Positions 23,941 to 37,960 of a stretch of DNA of 64,000 nucleotides are shown here, piece after piece. Source of the DNA: Vicugna vicugna (lineage: Eukaryota). The notes beneath the pieces are model-generated. The model saw only the letters and a list, made by a program, of their open reading frames with translations, searched no databases and was not told where the DNA came from. A program made the translations under genes and the position numbers. Location: positions 3,474,001-3,538,000 of the forward strand of contig MU058687.1 in the NCBI GenBank assembly GCA_013265495.1. The letters run 5' to 3'. Numbering within the stretch: the first letter of the stretch is position 1; the number at the start of each line of letters is the position of its first letter.

Positions 23941-25178
23941 TCTTCTGGACATTTTTTTGTTCAGTAAGCAGTGGATCCTGTTGTTTTCGTTTTTTATTTC
24001 TTTGCCGTTAAGCCTATAACCCATATAGACTGAAGGGGGCTAGATACTTCTCTTCGCACAGGCACCTTTTGGTAACTGGAGGATTATTTTCTAATGCTAC
24101 GAATCATCTTCCAGTTAATATATTTGCAAACATTATTGAGAACCCAATAGTTGGGTTCTCAAATAGGGCAGCAATCTGCCCCAGGTTGGCTTCTGAACCC
24201 TGAAGCTCAATGTATTGTGGTAGCCCACAGCCTGAGAGAGCCTTGCAAGCTATTTGCAAGGATAAAGGCAGGCACTGCAAAGCAATGTATTATTCTTGGC
24301 TTTGAGTTGGTATAGTGTGTCTGTCTCATGGGTTAATATTTCTTTTTAAAATTTTATTTAAACATTGTTATATGGTAAAAATGGATGTTTTGTATGTGTA
24401 CAGTTCTATTCATTTTAACACAGATGTGGATTTATGTAACCACCACTATAATTAAAACAGTGCTTCCTCATGCTAGCTCTTTCTAGTCACATTCTTTTCT
24501 CACCTCTAATCCCTGCCACTCACTTGTCTGTTTGCCATCTCTATAGTTTTGTGTTTTTGAGACTGTCATATAAACTGAATCATATAGTAGGGAATGTTTT
24601 GAAACTGGCTTTTTTCACTTGGCATAATATCTTTGAGATTCATTCAAGTCGTTGTGTGTATTAAAATCTGTTTATTTTTATTGCTGAATGGTTGGCATTC
24701 CACTGCACGTCTGTTCCACAGTTTGTTTATCCATTCACTTTTTGAAGGACATTTAGGTCGTTTCCAGATTTTGGCAATTATGAATATAGCCACTAAATAA
24801 TTTGTGTTCAGGTTTTTGTGTGAACATAGGTTTCTATTTCTTTAGGGTAAATAATCAGAAGTAGGATTACTGGGTCATTTGGTAAGTGTATGTTTAACTT
24901 TGTAAGACATTGCCAAGCAGGTTTCTGGAGTGTGATCACACCATTTTGCACTCCTACTGGCAAGATGGGAGAGTTCTAGTTACTCCATATTTGCATCAGC
25001 ACTTGATATTTTTGGTACTTTAACATTTTATTTTAGCCATTTAATAGGTGTGTAGTGGTATGTCACTATGATTTTAATTTGCATTTTCCTAATGGTTAAT
25101 AATGTTAAACTTTTTTTGTTGTTGTTGTCCATTTATCCTCTTTGGTGAAGTGTTTATTTTAGTCCTTTGCCCATTTTT

Positions 25179-25955
25179 TTAACTTTTTTATTTTTTAAAT
25201 TGAAGTATAGACAGTTTACAATGTTGTGTCAGTTTCTGGTGTACAGCATAATAGTTCAGTCATGCATATACATACATATATTCGTTTTCATATTCTTTTT
25301 CACTATAGGTTACCACAAGATACGGAATATAGTTCCCTGTGCTGTACAGTATAAGCTTGTTGTTTATCTAATTTACGTATAGTAGTTAGTATCTGCAAAT
25401 CTCAAACTCCCAATTTATCCTTTCCCACCCCCTTCCCCACTGGTAACAGTAAGTTTTCTATGTCTGTGAGTTTGTTTCTGTTTTGTAAGTAAGTTTATTT
25501 GTCTTTTTTTTAGATTCCACATATAAGTGATATCATATGGTATTTTTCTTTCTCTTTCTGGCTTACTTCACCTGGAATGACAATCTCCAGGTCCATCCAT
25601 GTTGCTGCAAATGGCATTACTTTATTATTTTTTATGGCTGAGTAGTATTCCATTATATATATATACCACAATTTCTTTATCCACCCATCTGTCAATGGAC
25701 ATTTAGGTTGTTTCCATGTCTTGGCTATGAACATTGGGGTGCATGTATCTTTTTGAATTAAGGTTGCCTCTGGATATATGCCCAAGATTGAGATTTCTGG
25801 ATCATATGATAAGTCTATTTTTAGTTTTTTGAGGAATCTCCATACTGTTTTCCATAATGGCTGCATCGAACTACATTCCCACCAACAGTGTAGGAGGGTT
25901 CCCTTTTCTCCATACCTTCTCCAGCATTTATCATTTGTGGACTTTTTAATGATCT
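25179..25955 (-). mobile_element. Young 5'-truncated L1 nested in the older L1
   Basis: 13-bp TSD tttgcccattttt at 25166-25178 and 25956-25968, followed by AA (L1 endonuclease TTTT/AA site). Confidence 0.9.
25510..25953 (-). pseudogene. L1 ORF2p C-terminal fragment
   Basis: [48 protein letters not shown] is the cysteine-rich C-terminus of ORF2p; the RT and EN domains are absent. Confidence 0.9.
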
Positions 25956-28900
25956 TTTGCCCATTTTTAAATTGTGTTACTTGCTTTCTTATTGTTGAGT
26001 TTCGAGAATTCTTTATATATTTTGGATACAAGTTCTTTGTTGAACATGTGATTTGAAAATATTTTCTTTCAGTTTGTAGTTTGAAGAATTGGTCATTTTA
26101 TCTAAGTTGTCAAATTTATGCATGTAGAATTGTTTATAGTATTCCCTTACTATTCTTTTAGTGTCTGTAGAGTTTATAGTGATAACCCCTCTTTCATTCC
26201 TGATATTGATAATTTGTATCTCTTCCTTTTTCCTTTGTTTTGCTAGAAATTAGATGACATTTTATTCATCTTTTCATATAACCAGGTTTTGGTTGTACTG
26301 AATTCCCTTTTTTCCCGTTTTCAATTTCGTTGATTTCTTAAATCTTTATTATTTCCTTCCTTTTACTTGCTGTCTGTTTATTTTGTTCTTCCCCTTTTAC
26401 TTTCTTATGGTGGAAACTTAGATTATTGACTTGAAACCTTGACTGTATTCTGATATAATCACTTAATGCTATACATTCTCTAGAATTATGGCTTTAGGTA
26501 CATCTCACAAATTTTGATGTGTTTTCATTTTTGTGTAGTCAGTAATATTTCCTAATTTCCCTTAAGGCTTTTCTTTGGCCCATGGATTATTTAGAAGTGT
26601 GTTGTTTAATTTCGAGGTGTCTGGAGGTTTTTCAGTTATTTTTCTGTTACTGGTCTAGATTAATTCCATTTTGGTCAGAGAACATTCTTTGTATGGTTTC
26701 AATTCTTTTAAACTTGCTAGTTTATTTTATGACCTATAACTTGGTCTACCTTTGTGAATGTTCCTAGAGTCTGTATCCTACTATTCTTGGGTGGAGTGCT
26801 GTATAGAGAAGGATGTATGTTCTACTGCTGTTGGGTGACGTGCTATGTAAGTGTCAGTTAGATCCAGTTGGCTGATGATGTTGTTTAGTTCTTCTATATT
26901 CTTGCTGATATTCTGTTTACTAGTTCTAGTCATTAAAAGTGTTGATGTCTCCAGCTATAATTATAGAGTTGACTACTTCTTTCAGTTCTTATCAATTTTT
27001 GCTTCATGTGTTTCAAAGCTCTGTTGTTAGGTACACATTTACGATTGCTGTTTCTTTTGATGAATGACTCTCAGTAATTTTCTCATTTCTGAAATCTTTT
27101 TTGTCTGATACTAATATAGCCATCCTGACTTTCTTTTTTTAGTGCCTTTATTGTATGCCTTTCTCTCTTTTTTATTTTTAATCTACCTATATCATTATAT
27201 TTGAAGTGAATTTCTTATAGACAGCATATAGTTGTGTCACAGGTTTAAAAAAATCAATTCTGACGTTTGTCTTTTAATTGGTGTGTTTAGATGATTTTTG
27301 CTTAATGTAATTATTGATAAATTTTGATTTAGATCTACCATTTTATTTTTTGTTTTCTGTTTGTACCCCCTTTTGTTTCTGTGATTCCTCTTTTACTTAG
27401 ACTGTTTAAATGATTTTTAGTGTTTCATTTTAATTTCTTTATTTTTTGAGTCTATCTGTGTACATTTTTTTAGTGGTTGCTCTAGGGATTACAATATGCA
27501 TCTTAACTTTTCACAAACTACTTAGAGTCAGTATTTTCCCACTTCAGATGGAATGTGGTAGTCTTGCCACATCAGTTGCTCTATCTCCCCATTTTAGGTT
27601 ATAATTGTCTTACATAGTACATCTACATACACTGAAAACCTCACCAGCTCCTCTAATTCTGCTTTTGATCATCAAACATATTTTAAAGAGCTAAAGAGAT
27701 AAAGAATAGTTTATTATGCTTAAGCAGATAGTTACCCTTTCTGATGCTCTTCCTTTATTCTGATGTCCCAAAATTTTCTTCCGGTATCATGTCCCTTCTG
27801 TCTGAAGAATTTCCTTTAGAAATCTTTTAAAGCAGGTCTGCTGGCATATTAGGTTTTCCTTTATCCGAGGAGATCTTTATTTTACCCTAAATTCTGAAGG
27901 GTATTTTGATAAGTATGGAATCCTGATTAATTGTTCTTTATTTTCAGCACTTTAAAAATGATGTGCTACTTCTTTCTGGTCTCCATGGTTTCTTATGACA
28001 AATTTACAGTCATCTGAATCACTGTTCTCCTATAGCTAATGTGTTATTTTTCTCTGGTTGCTTTCAAGACTTTAATTTTGTATTTAGTTTACAGCAATTT
28101 CATTATGATACATTTAGGCATAGGTTTCTTTGGGTTTATCCTCTTTTTGGATTTGCTGAGCATCTTGAATTTGTAGGTTTATTTCTTCATCCGGATTTGG
28201 AGGGTTTTCAGCCATTATTTCTTCAAAAACTTTTCAGCAGCATACTATTTTTTTTCTCTGAGACTCTATTAACATAAATATTAGACCCTCAGTTAGTGTC
28301 TCACAAGTTTCTAAGGCTCTGTTCATTTTTTTCATTTTATTTATCTTTGTTGTTCATTTTGGATAATTTTATTCATCTACTAGTTGGTTGACTTTCCTAT
28401 GTCATCTCTATTATGCCATTGAACCCATATTGTCCCCTTCAGTTCTAAACTTTCCATGTGATTCTTCTTAACGTCTTCCATTTCTTTGCTCAGTTTCTGT
28501 ATTTACATTAATTTTCACAGTGTTAGTAATTATTTGTTGGAGTATTTTAAATGACTACTTTAAATTCCTTACTTTTAACTCTTTAAAGTGAGTAATTCCA
28601 ACATTTGTTTTGTCCAGCTGTTGATATTTGTTTGTCTTTTCCCAAATGAACTGAAAATTTTCTGATTCTTCACATCAAGTTATTTTGAATTGTATCCTGA
28701 ATGTTTTTAATATTTTGTTATGAGATTCTTGGTCTTTTTAAAGTTGTGCATAATGTTGATATTTTTGTTTAAGTAGGCAATTGATCTGGTCAGGTTTAGG
28801 CTGCAAGTTGTAACTCACTTTCTGTGGGCTGTTTCATGTCAATTTGGTTTTCCAATCCTTTGTATGCTCCTTGAATTTCTCCCATGTGTGTGCCACCCTG

Positions 28901-29649
28901 TGTCTACTCTGGGACCTGAGAGGGGTCTGTATGTTAATTCATTGCTCAAAGTCCTTGGTATGCTAATTGGGATCAGATCCATGCGTGCACAGCTTGGAGG
29001 CAAGCCCATAATTAGTTCATGGGGTCACTTTCCTAAGCTGCTCCCTCTCTATGATCTCCCTATTTTCTCGGTCCCTGGAGCTTTTCTGTTCTTCAGTCAG
29101 AAATCTAGGGTTTTATTTACCCAGTTTTGCCACTCACTTTCACATGTGTGCCCATGTCAGGGGCCAAGGAGTAGAAAGATAGAAAAAAAGCAATGGAGGT
29201 TCACTCCATTTTTCTGGAACCATAGCTCCATCAGTCACAGAGGATGTTTCTCCTCTCTCTGAGTTTTGGTTCCTGTGGGATTCTGCTGCTACCAGAAGAT
29301 TGTTTGAGATCTGGAGTGTGAAAGAATGGAGAAAAAAAGAAAAAATCTAGGGGATTTCTGCACTCTGTCTGAGCATTAAGAGTTCCCGTTCTTGATTCCC
29401 CAAGCCAGACCTAGAGGCTTCTCCTGGAACTCACTCTCTGTGCCCCAGTGGCCCTTCTGGGTTTTGGGCTGCACTGAGTTCAGACTGGTGGATACCAGAT
29501 GGAGGGGGGTTCTCAAATAGCTGCTCCATGCATTTTGTTTGAGATTTACAGCTACATTCAGTGGGAGAACCAGGGTAAAGTGAACTTTCTCCATCTTACC
29601 TGGAACTGGAACCCCAGTATGCTCTTTCAGATTTAATAATAACGACCAT

Positions 29650-30424
29650 TTCAACACACCACGCTAAACACATTACAGCACTTGTTTTGTGTTTTAACAA
29701 TCTGACTAATGGATGGTCTCTTTTTAAAGGAAAAGTATTCTTTCATGGACTCCTAGAGTCAATTTAAGTTATTTTTTTTTATCATTTTGTTCCTGAAATA
29801 TGTATTGACACACAACGTGGTCTCAGCATCTTATGCTACAGTGTTTAAACAACTATAAAACAAAGTGAAATTTATCAATTAAATGCAAACAGAAGTACAA
29901 CATGAAACAATCTAAGTCAACATCATTTATTTAATGTGACAGATGACAATGTTTGTTGAAACTAAATAGCTGTTCATACTGTGAATTGTAGTGGATGACT
30001 GTGGTGCCGGTTCTTCTGTCATGTCACTGCTCCCTCGTGCTGAGTGATGACTCAATTCTCCCACTAATTTCTCTAACCACTGCACCACCTTGCAGGTTCT
30101 ACTTGTATTGTGTGATGTAACATAATGTGGTCCATCTTTAACTCAAAGTGGCATTTACATATTAAATCTCTCTCTCTGTCTCTCTTTCTTTACCAGCCTA
30201 AGATCACTAGAATAGTAGTTATTGGTGCCAACACTTGTGCATATGGCATCAAAAACTTTGATATTGAACCTTCCCAGCAGGACTTAGTTATGAGGTGGTC
30301 TGGAATATGTTAATATTAGAATGTTACACTTGCAGTTCAGCTGAGAACTCTTACATTAAAAACTATAGCTTTAGAAAATGTTTAGACTCAAAATATTTGT
30401 GGATCCCCATTTGAGAAGCAATGC
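29650..30424. mobile_element. hAT-Charlie-like remnant, possibly partnered with 24150-24330
   Basis: Ends in ccccatttgagaagcaatg, the inverse of ttctcaaataggg near 24156. Confidence 0.35.
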
Positions 30425-31447
30425 AATATTATTTAATTTGATTCTTTCAACAAAAATCATTATCTCTACTTCACAATGAGGAAACTGGCTTAGAGAGAGA
30501 GGTTAAGTAACATGGCCAAAGTCTCACAGCTGATAAATGGCAGGGTCTGGGTACACGGAGAGCAGCTAAATCTGCCTATCTCGAGTCTCCACTCAAAACT
30601 GTGACTCAGTCAAGGCTGCTGTTTTCTCCATAAGAGCTCATGCATTGATCTGTTTTTCTCAAAGTGGGCAGAGGCAACATGGAACCATCCAAACAGCCTC
30701 ACACAGTCTCCCTTCACTCCTTGATCTAAGTCCTCTATGTTCCCCTAAACTGAAGAAGGTCTTGTTTTATTATGCCCTCAAGACAAGGAAGAATACAAAG
30801 AACATAGAACTATATTCATTTTATTACTTTGAATTCTTTTTATGTTCTTGTTACTGCACAGAAATGCATTTTCCTATAGGTGTGAGCAATGCACAAGTCG
30901 ATGTCCCCTCTGAGAAGATGTTCTGTTCTGTCTTCTCAGACATAATTAATCACTCCCTTTTCACTTCAACATATAGCACTCTGCTCCTAGGCCAAATGTA
31001 GCACTTTGTACATTGTATCATGTTGGACTTTCCTCTCCCAAACCGTGAGCACCTTGGGGATAAGGAACTTGTCTTCCTTATCTTTGTAGCGTTGGAAAAG
31101 CACCAACACAGTTCAGTATGCATTTGCTGAGTTGAATGATGTCATGATCTTGTCTATTAATTCACTATATGTTGAAATAAAACTAATCTCTAATTTCTCA
31201 CTGAAAATTTTCCTCCCTTAGTCTTCTCCATCACAGAAAAGGACATTGCATTTACCCTACTTTAAGCTACCATCATCTCTTGCCTGAACAGCAGTAGTTG
31301 CCTCTAATTGGTCTCCCCACATCTACTCCAATCCATGGGGACCTCTGACTACCAAGTTTCCCTCTTACATTTCTCCTTCTCTATGTGTATCTGCCTCATT
31401 CTCTTCTTTCTTCAGCCTGATTTTCCTTTCTCCTTCTCGTCAGATCA

Positions 31448-32011
31448 TGTATCAGTTATCTTTTGCTGTGTAACAAGTTACCCCCCAAAAGTAATGACTT
31501 AAAATATTATTTATTATGTCACAGTTTCAGGTCAGGCATCTGGGTGCAGCTTAGCTGGGCCTTATGCTTCTCATAGGCTACAAAGATGTTAGCCAGAGCT
31601 ATAGTCACCTCAAGGCTCAACTGGCAAATGATCTGTCTCTAAACTCAGCACATGGTTGTTGGCAGGATTCAGTTCCTGGACAGTTGTTGGACTGCCATTC
31701 CTTGCTAGCTGTTGGCGGGAAGCCATCCTTAGTTCCTGGCCATGTGTGTGTACCACAGGGCAGCTCACACAATATGTGGCAGTCTGCTTTATCAGAGCAA
31801 GCAAGTGTGAAGAACCAGAGAGAAAGGGAGCAAGATGGAAATCACAGCTTTTTATAACCTAATCTCAGAAGTGACTTCACTTTTTCCATATTCTATTTGC
31901 TAGAAGCAAGTCACTAGGTCCAGCCCACGATCAAGGGGAGGGGATTATACCTGGGCATGAATACCAGAAGGTGTAGATCACTGGGAGCCATTATAGGAGT
32001 GGCTGACCACA
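31448..32011 (-). mobile_element. MLT1F-like MaLR LTR
   Basis: tgtatcagttatcttttgctgtgtaacaa...ggggaggggattatacctgggcatgaataccag...gaccaca. Confidence 0.8.
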
Positions 32012-32432
32012 GAGCAGATCACAGGCTGGAAAACATGGCTGTCCCTCCGTTCTCACATCTATACATACACATGCAGCTTTATGGAGCGATCCAGTTCTTT
32101 CCCATGTTCCCAGTTCTAGATTTCTCAGGGAGAGGTCTCTGGCAAGCTTAAGTCACGTGCTCACTCTTGGTTTAGTCAGCTGTGGCCAGAGTGGCCAAGT
32201 TAAGTTGAACAAAGTTGGTGACTGCGAGCCCACTGCTGTCATGTGGACTGAGGGTAAGGGAGAAAAGAGGAGTTTGGTGGTTCATCTGTTGACAACCAGC
32301 AAGAATCCACTATAGATATCCTGGCCTCTAGGGTCTATAATCATTCCTGTTGCTTTTCCCAACCCCGTAGCATATTAAACAGCATGTAAACAGGATAAGA
32401 CATTGACTTACATTGGATTCCCAGGGACACAG

Positions 32433-33374
32433 TGTTACTGACCCTCCTGAGTAGGTCCCTAAAAAGGGTCCTTCTGTCCGGTGTCATTTGAGCCAATTAA
32501 ACGAGACTGAGTTCAGTTTAGAAGCAAAGGAAAGCTTTATTCGTCGATCAAAGAACGGAGAGGTGTGAGCTTGCACTCTAGAGCACACGCTGTCCGCTCT
32601 CCCCACAGGCCAAGGGCGGGGCTGCTTGACAGGGATCCCGTCAGTGGGGAGGGGAGGGGGCAGAGTTCTCGCGAGGGGAGCGTGGCTGCGCTGCTCACGC
32701 TCCAGATTGCACGCAGTCTCCGGCGCAGCGTCTCTGCATACAGCCCAACGCCATCTTGAATTGCCGTGTCGCGCGCCCTGCTTCTCACACGACTGCCGGC
32801 GGAGCTGAAGTGTCCCGTGTGGCAGTTTCGCACTGGGAACTCCAGTCTGAAGCACCAGGAGCAAGGCCTCTGCATGCAGCACCCTATGAGCCAGTGAAAC
32901 TAGACTAAGCACCAAGGAAAAGAAAAAAGGTTAGGCTTTATTTTATTACCTGGGAATTGATAGTGGACTTTGCTGGTGACGAAAGATCATTCTGGAAGTT
33001 TTCCAGAGAGAGTAATCAAGACCACTGCCTTTAGGTTGCAATATAAGCTCCTGGCTTTGGAGAAGTTAACGTGTCCCCACGGGCCTGGGAGCTCTGAGGT
33101 CGGAGGAGGGAAGGAAGGAAGGACAAGTTCAGAGAAGTGCATCTTTTGAAAAATCTTGAGTGGAATTCCTTCTTCTTTCTGGTGTGTTAGGCCCATAGGA
33201 ATGTGTCTTGTCCTAGGAGCGTGATCCTTCACAAGCTAAGTGACAGCTGCATTGATTTTAAGACTCTTGAGCAAAGTTTGTATTAAGCTGGGGCACTTAA
33301 AATGCTTTGTCGCTGGGGCACTTAGAATGCTTTGTCCCTGGCCCCATTCTTCTTCCGCCTAATGTTTCTGCTCA
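32433..33374 (-). mobile_element. Relatively young ERV solo LTR (ERV1-like)
   Basis: Starts TGTTACTGA; antisense AATAAA near 32535; CpG-dense core 32540-32830; 25-bp tandem repeat 33287-33336. The right boundary and TSD are unresolved. Confidence 0.6.
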
Positions 33375-33639
33375 GCTATGGTGGTCATATCTCAGAAGGG
33401 AGTCCTTGAAAATGCCCTTCTGAGGATCCCTGAACTCTTGGGCATAGTCAGATTGTGGGCTGGCAAACTGCCGGCTTTGCCCTGTCTCTCCTGCTGCAGT
33501 GTTATGCCGTGTTGTCTCTTGCCCCAGACATTGTGTTGGGTGCTGGAGCTGTGATGAGGCATAGGGTGGGCTCTCCGTACTCCACAGCTCACAATAGGAT
33601 GGACAAGCCCCTCAGGGTGGATCTGGGGACTTTTATTTC

Positions 33640-33930
33640 TTTTATTTTTTAAAAATTGAGGTGAAATTCACGTAACATGTAATAATGCTGTCTCTCTAAT
33701 TTCAAAACTTTTTCATACCCTTTTAATAGTCATTCCCCATTCCGCACCCCGCACCTCCAGCCTCTGGAAACTGCTAATCTTTGTCTCTATGGATTGCTTC
33801 TTCTGGATATTTCATATAAATGGAATCATACAACATGTGCCCTTTTGTGTCAGCTTCTGTCACTTAGTACAGTTTTGAGGTTCATCCATGTTATAGCATG
33901 TAATGGTACTTCATTCCCTTTAATGTCTGA
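33640..33930 (-). mobile_element. L1MB-like 3' UTR
   Basis: aattgaggtgaaattcacgtaacat...ttctggatatttcatataaatggaatcatacaa. Confidence 0.75.
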
Positions 33931-34764
33931 TTTCTTTTAACATGAGGTGTCTGCACTCACATTTGACACACTGTAACATGCCTCTCCCACGTTTCTCCTT
34001 CTCTTCCTTTAACCTTTCTCTCTTCTTGAGGCGCTAGAGGGAGAGGTACACTTTTAACCCGGGGAGGAGCATAGAAAGATTTGTTTGTTGATTTTGATCA
34101 AGAGTTGTTCTGAAAATATTGGACAAGATGGTACAGCAAAATTACCATCAACACAGTGTTTCTGAAGTCCCTTCACTAGGGACTGTGGAGGGTAAAGTTC
34201 TCATTTGATCATGCAGCAGTGTTTATTGAGCACTTACTGTGTGCTGCTGGAGGAAGGAGACCATGCTGGTTGGATCACTGGATGAAGTAGGACACTGGCC
34301 CTATCCTCATGGAACATGCATCTCAGAGGGATGACAGAGACATCATCCAACCATGACAATGCAGTACAATAACTGCTTCTGTTAGATGCTTGCTCAGGTG
34401 TTGCAAAAGCACAGAGCCAGGGTGTTTAATTGGGAAAGGCTTCCAGAAGGCACTGATGTTTGAGCTAAATCCTGAAGCCTGGAAAGAACTGCCCAGAAGG
34501 AGCAGGCCAGGAAGGGATCAGCTAATGGAAGTTATCACGATGAGCCCTGTAAGCTCATGAAGACACTCAATGAAATACATCATAAAAAAACAAAAAGAAA
34601 AATGCCAACCAGTCCTGACTTCTCTGTAGCGAGATGATATAGGGAGGTCTGTTCATTGGCTGGTGAGGTTGTTCCTACCAAATAAATGGTCTGTGGGATA
34701 GGAGTGGAGTGTATTTTGACATGACTGTGAAAACACAAGTTGCTGGTGTTATTTTATTAGAAGT

Positions 34765-35010
34765 AGTAGAGAATGGTGATTAAGAGATGGATTTTGGAGC
34801 CAGATGGCCTGAGTTTGAATCCTGATTCTGTTACTTATTGTCTGTGTGACCTTGAGCAAAGTATTTAACATTATAGTGCCTTGGTTTTATCATCTACAAA
34901 ATGGAAATCATTATAGCTTTAAGATTATTATGAGGATTACACGAGTTAATACAGTGTACATATAGCATCCAGACATTGCCCAGCACAGATCAGTGCTGTT
35001 GTTAATACAA
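34765..35010 (+). mobile_element. MIR SINE
   Basis: ggagccagatggcctgagtttgaatcctgattctgttacttattgtctgtgtgaccttgagcaa. Confidence 0.8.
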
Positions 35011-37189
35011 GCTCTCAGTTATTCTCAGCTTTTATTGCTCCTCTGGACAGATCACAAAAACCACTCATTAGGGGCAAGAGCTGTAATGGCTACTACAAAA
35101 GGCCCTGGGTGATTTATACATTGTATCATTTACCACTGGTGATGAGGGAGGCTAAAAAGAGAGAGACTTGACAAATGAGTAGTCAGGCTTGGAGAAATCC
35201 TCTCCCAAGACCCAGAGCTAATAAGGGACCGAGTCAGCATTTGGACCTGGGTTTGCCTGATTCCAGAAGCCTACTCTTAACCACTCCCCTATACTGTCTC
35301 TCTTAGCTGAGGATTCCAGAACAGCAGTGGTGCACATGCCTTGGGGATAAAGGTTGTGTGTGGGAGGTCACTTGGTATTTAAACATATATTTGGGCCATT
35401 TGGGCATTTATTCCCTTCCCTTACAAATCAAGCAAAAGTCTTCCAGTTTGAACATGCCCTACTAATCTGCACCCTGCCCTCTGTGTGTATCAGATTAAGT
35501 TTATGTTTGTGCCGTAAACCAAGATGCAGGGGAATGTCTTTCTTGGGACAGAATCTAGCTGAGCATTGGGGCCATGTTTCAGTTCTAGGGAAGGAGGTGG
35601 GGCATGCCGAGTAGTTTGAAACATCCCCTCAGATTCTAATTATACTTTAAGTGGAAAAAGTGATCCTCAACCTGTGGTCATGGAATTGGCCCGAGGAGGA
35701 GTGGCTCAGTACAGGACCCCAGAGGTTGGGACCTACCTGAAGGTGCACAGCTCTCCTGTGTGGGATGTAGGAGCATCCTCTGGGATGGGAACACCAGCAC
35801 CTTTTGGGACCCTTGGATTTTCCAGCTATTGGAGGTCTGCGTCAGGATCTGTGGGCTCCCAAGGGTTAACTCTGCTGGCCACGTGCTGCAGGAGTTGGCA
35901 TGCATTTGTGGCTGCTGTTTCTGTCTTCATCATGATGGAGGGTAATTTTTGCTAAGAGCTGTTAAGAGTGCCCGAGCCAGTAGTCGGCTGGAGAGAGTGG
36001 TCGTAATCATGTTTCCTGCTTCCATCAGGGCCTTGGAGCCTGCAAGACACCAAGCATCCTGCTGGAGGCCTTCCCAAGCGGGAGCTCTCAGGAAAGGCCC
36101 AGACACATGGCTATGCCCACCCTCCCTTGTGGTCTACCGCATATGGGCTGAGAAGGCAAAGCTCTTTAGAAATTTGGAGGTTGAATTCTGTCCAGTTAGT
36201 TACTGTTGATTTTGGGATTAGAGGAGGCAGAGAAGTCAGGGATGAAAGCTTACATCTGCTTGGAGATTGTCTACCTTGATGGGGCGTAAGCTTGGTTGCC
36301 AGTGGGTTCTTTGAGATGCTTGATGTAAGCTGAGAGACAAATTATACTGGGCTGTCTGTGGACACAGATATTATCATGGGACTCTCTCTGCAGTTAGCAG
36401 GGAGAAGGTAAAAGCATTATTCCTTCTTTTTATCTGTCCCTTCCTTCTTTTCTCCCTCCCTCTCTCCTTCTCTTCCTCCCTTCCTTTCTTGTTTTTCCTT
36501 CAAGAATTTATTGAGCACTTACTGTGTACTAAGTTGGGTGATATACATATGGAGAAAACACACCAAGGAGTTCTCCATTTAGCAAGGGAGGCAGCCAACA
36601 GTGGCAACATAGAGTGATAATGAGGTCTGTGCAAAGAGCCAGGGGAGCAGGGGAGGGAGCAACTGACTACTTAGAATGGTAGGTGGGGAACAAGGGTGAG
36701 AAGATGCACTGAGGGCCAGGGAAGGGTTCATAAGGGAGCTAACATTAGAGATGAACACTGGAGGAGTTTGCCAGGTGGTAAAGTGGGGAAGGGCCCCCAG
36801 AAAGAAGAAATAATACAAGAAAAGATTTGGAGGCATTAAAAAGAATTGGATAGGTGTTCAGGAAAATGGGGATATGTAGTGTTCCAATAAAATATATGCA
36901 CCTGCAACACAAAATAGATGTTGGTCTGTTGTAGACCATTGCTAGCAATACGCTGCTGTTTGTTGTGGACATCTTGACTATTTGTGACTTTAAGGAAATT
37001 AAAGTCAGTTAACATCTTGATAAAATATGTGTTAATAAATTGTAAACATATTTTATTAGATAACCAAGGTTATCCAGAACAGAACATGTTACGGGGTGAG
37101 AGAAAGAAGAAAGAAGTAAAGATACATAGGGCCAACTTAATGCTTGACCTGGTACATGTTCTCAGGTTTTTTCCTTTTCTTTTCTTACT

Positions 37190-37960
37190 TTTTACAACAG
37201 AAAAGTCTTACACATTAAAGTAGAGATGAGTTTAAAGGAGTCTCACCTACCCATAACCCAGCTTTAATAACCACTGACTTCTTCCATTTTTGTTTCATTG
37301 ATTACTTCCAGTTTCTTTTTCAGTTGCTGGAGTATCTGAAGCAAATCCAGTACCCATAGATACTTCAGTATAATTTCTTTTAAGTATAACCGCAAAAGTA
37401 CACTAGATAGTTTCCTTTTAAACATATAACTGTAATATCATTTGCACACCCAACAAACAAAATAAACAAAAATTCATTAATATCATTTAAAATCTGGCCC
37501 ATTTTCAGTTTTCCCTGATTGTCTCAAAAATGTCTCTTTATAGTTGGTTTAAGTCAGAATCCAACACAGTCCACATGCAGCATATGGATGATTTGTCTCT
37601 CAAGCCTCTCTTACTTCATATTAATTCTCCATCTATCCACTTCCCGACTTAAACATTTATTTTAATTAAAAAAATTGTTGGGAAACTGAGTAGTTTGTCC
37701 TGTAGTACCCCCGAAGTTTGGATTTGGCTGACTGTACCTCATGGAGCCCTTTAACAATCCCCTCCAACCCCCATGTTGCCTGTGAACTGGTAGTTGGAGC
37801 TAGAGGCTTGATCAGATTCAGATTTTCTTTCTTTTGGCAGGAAATTTCATCGGTGGTGGTGTGTGTTTCCCACTGAGTCATTAGTTGTTCCATGGTTAGT
37901 GAGGTTAACTTTAGTTACTGGGTTCAGGTGATGTCAGACTAATCCATCTGTTACACAGTT
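37190..37960 (-). mobile_element. L1MC-like 3' region inside an antisense L2
   Basis: tgtgaactggtagttggagctagaggcttgatcagattcaga; L2-like sequence flanks it at about 36500-36900 and 37960-38200. Confidence 0.6.

Larger units (their letters stand above)
24340..29620 (-). mobile_element. Long old L1M element, rearranged, carrying a nested young L1
   Basis: T-rich antisense L1 running from 3'-UTR-like sequence (24340) through decayed ORF sequence to a 5'-like end (ctccatcttacctggaactgga near 29600). Confidence 0.8.

Noticed and set aside
25510..26031. 173-aa ORF as a gene
   Set aside because: It is a chimera across the TSD: about 26 residues from the old L1 fused to the ORF2 C-terminus of the young L1
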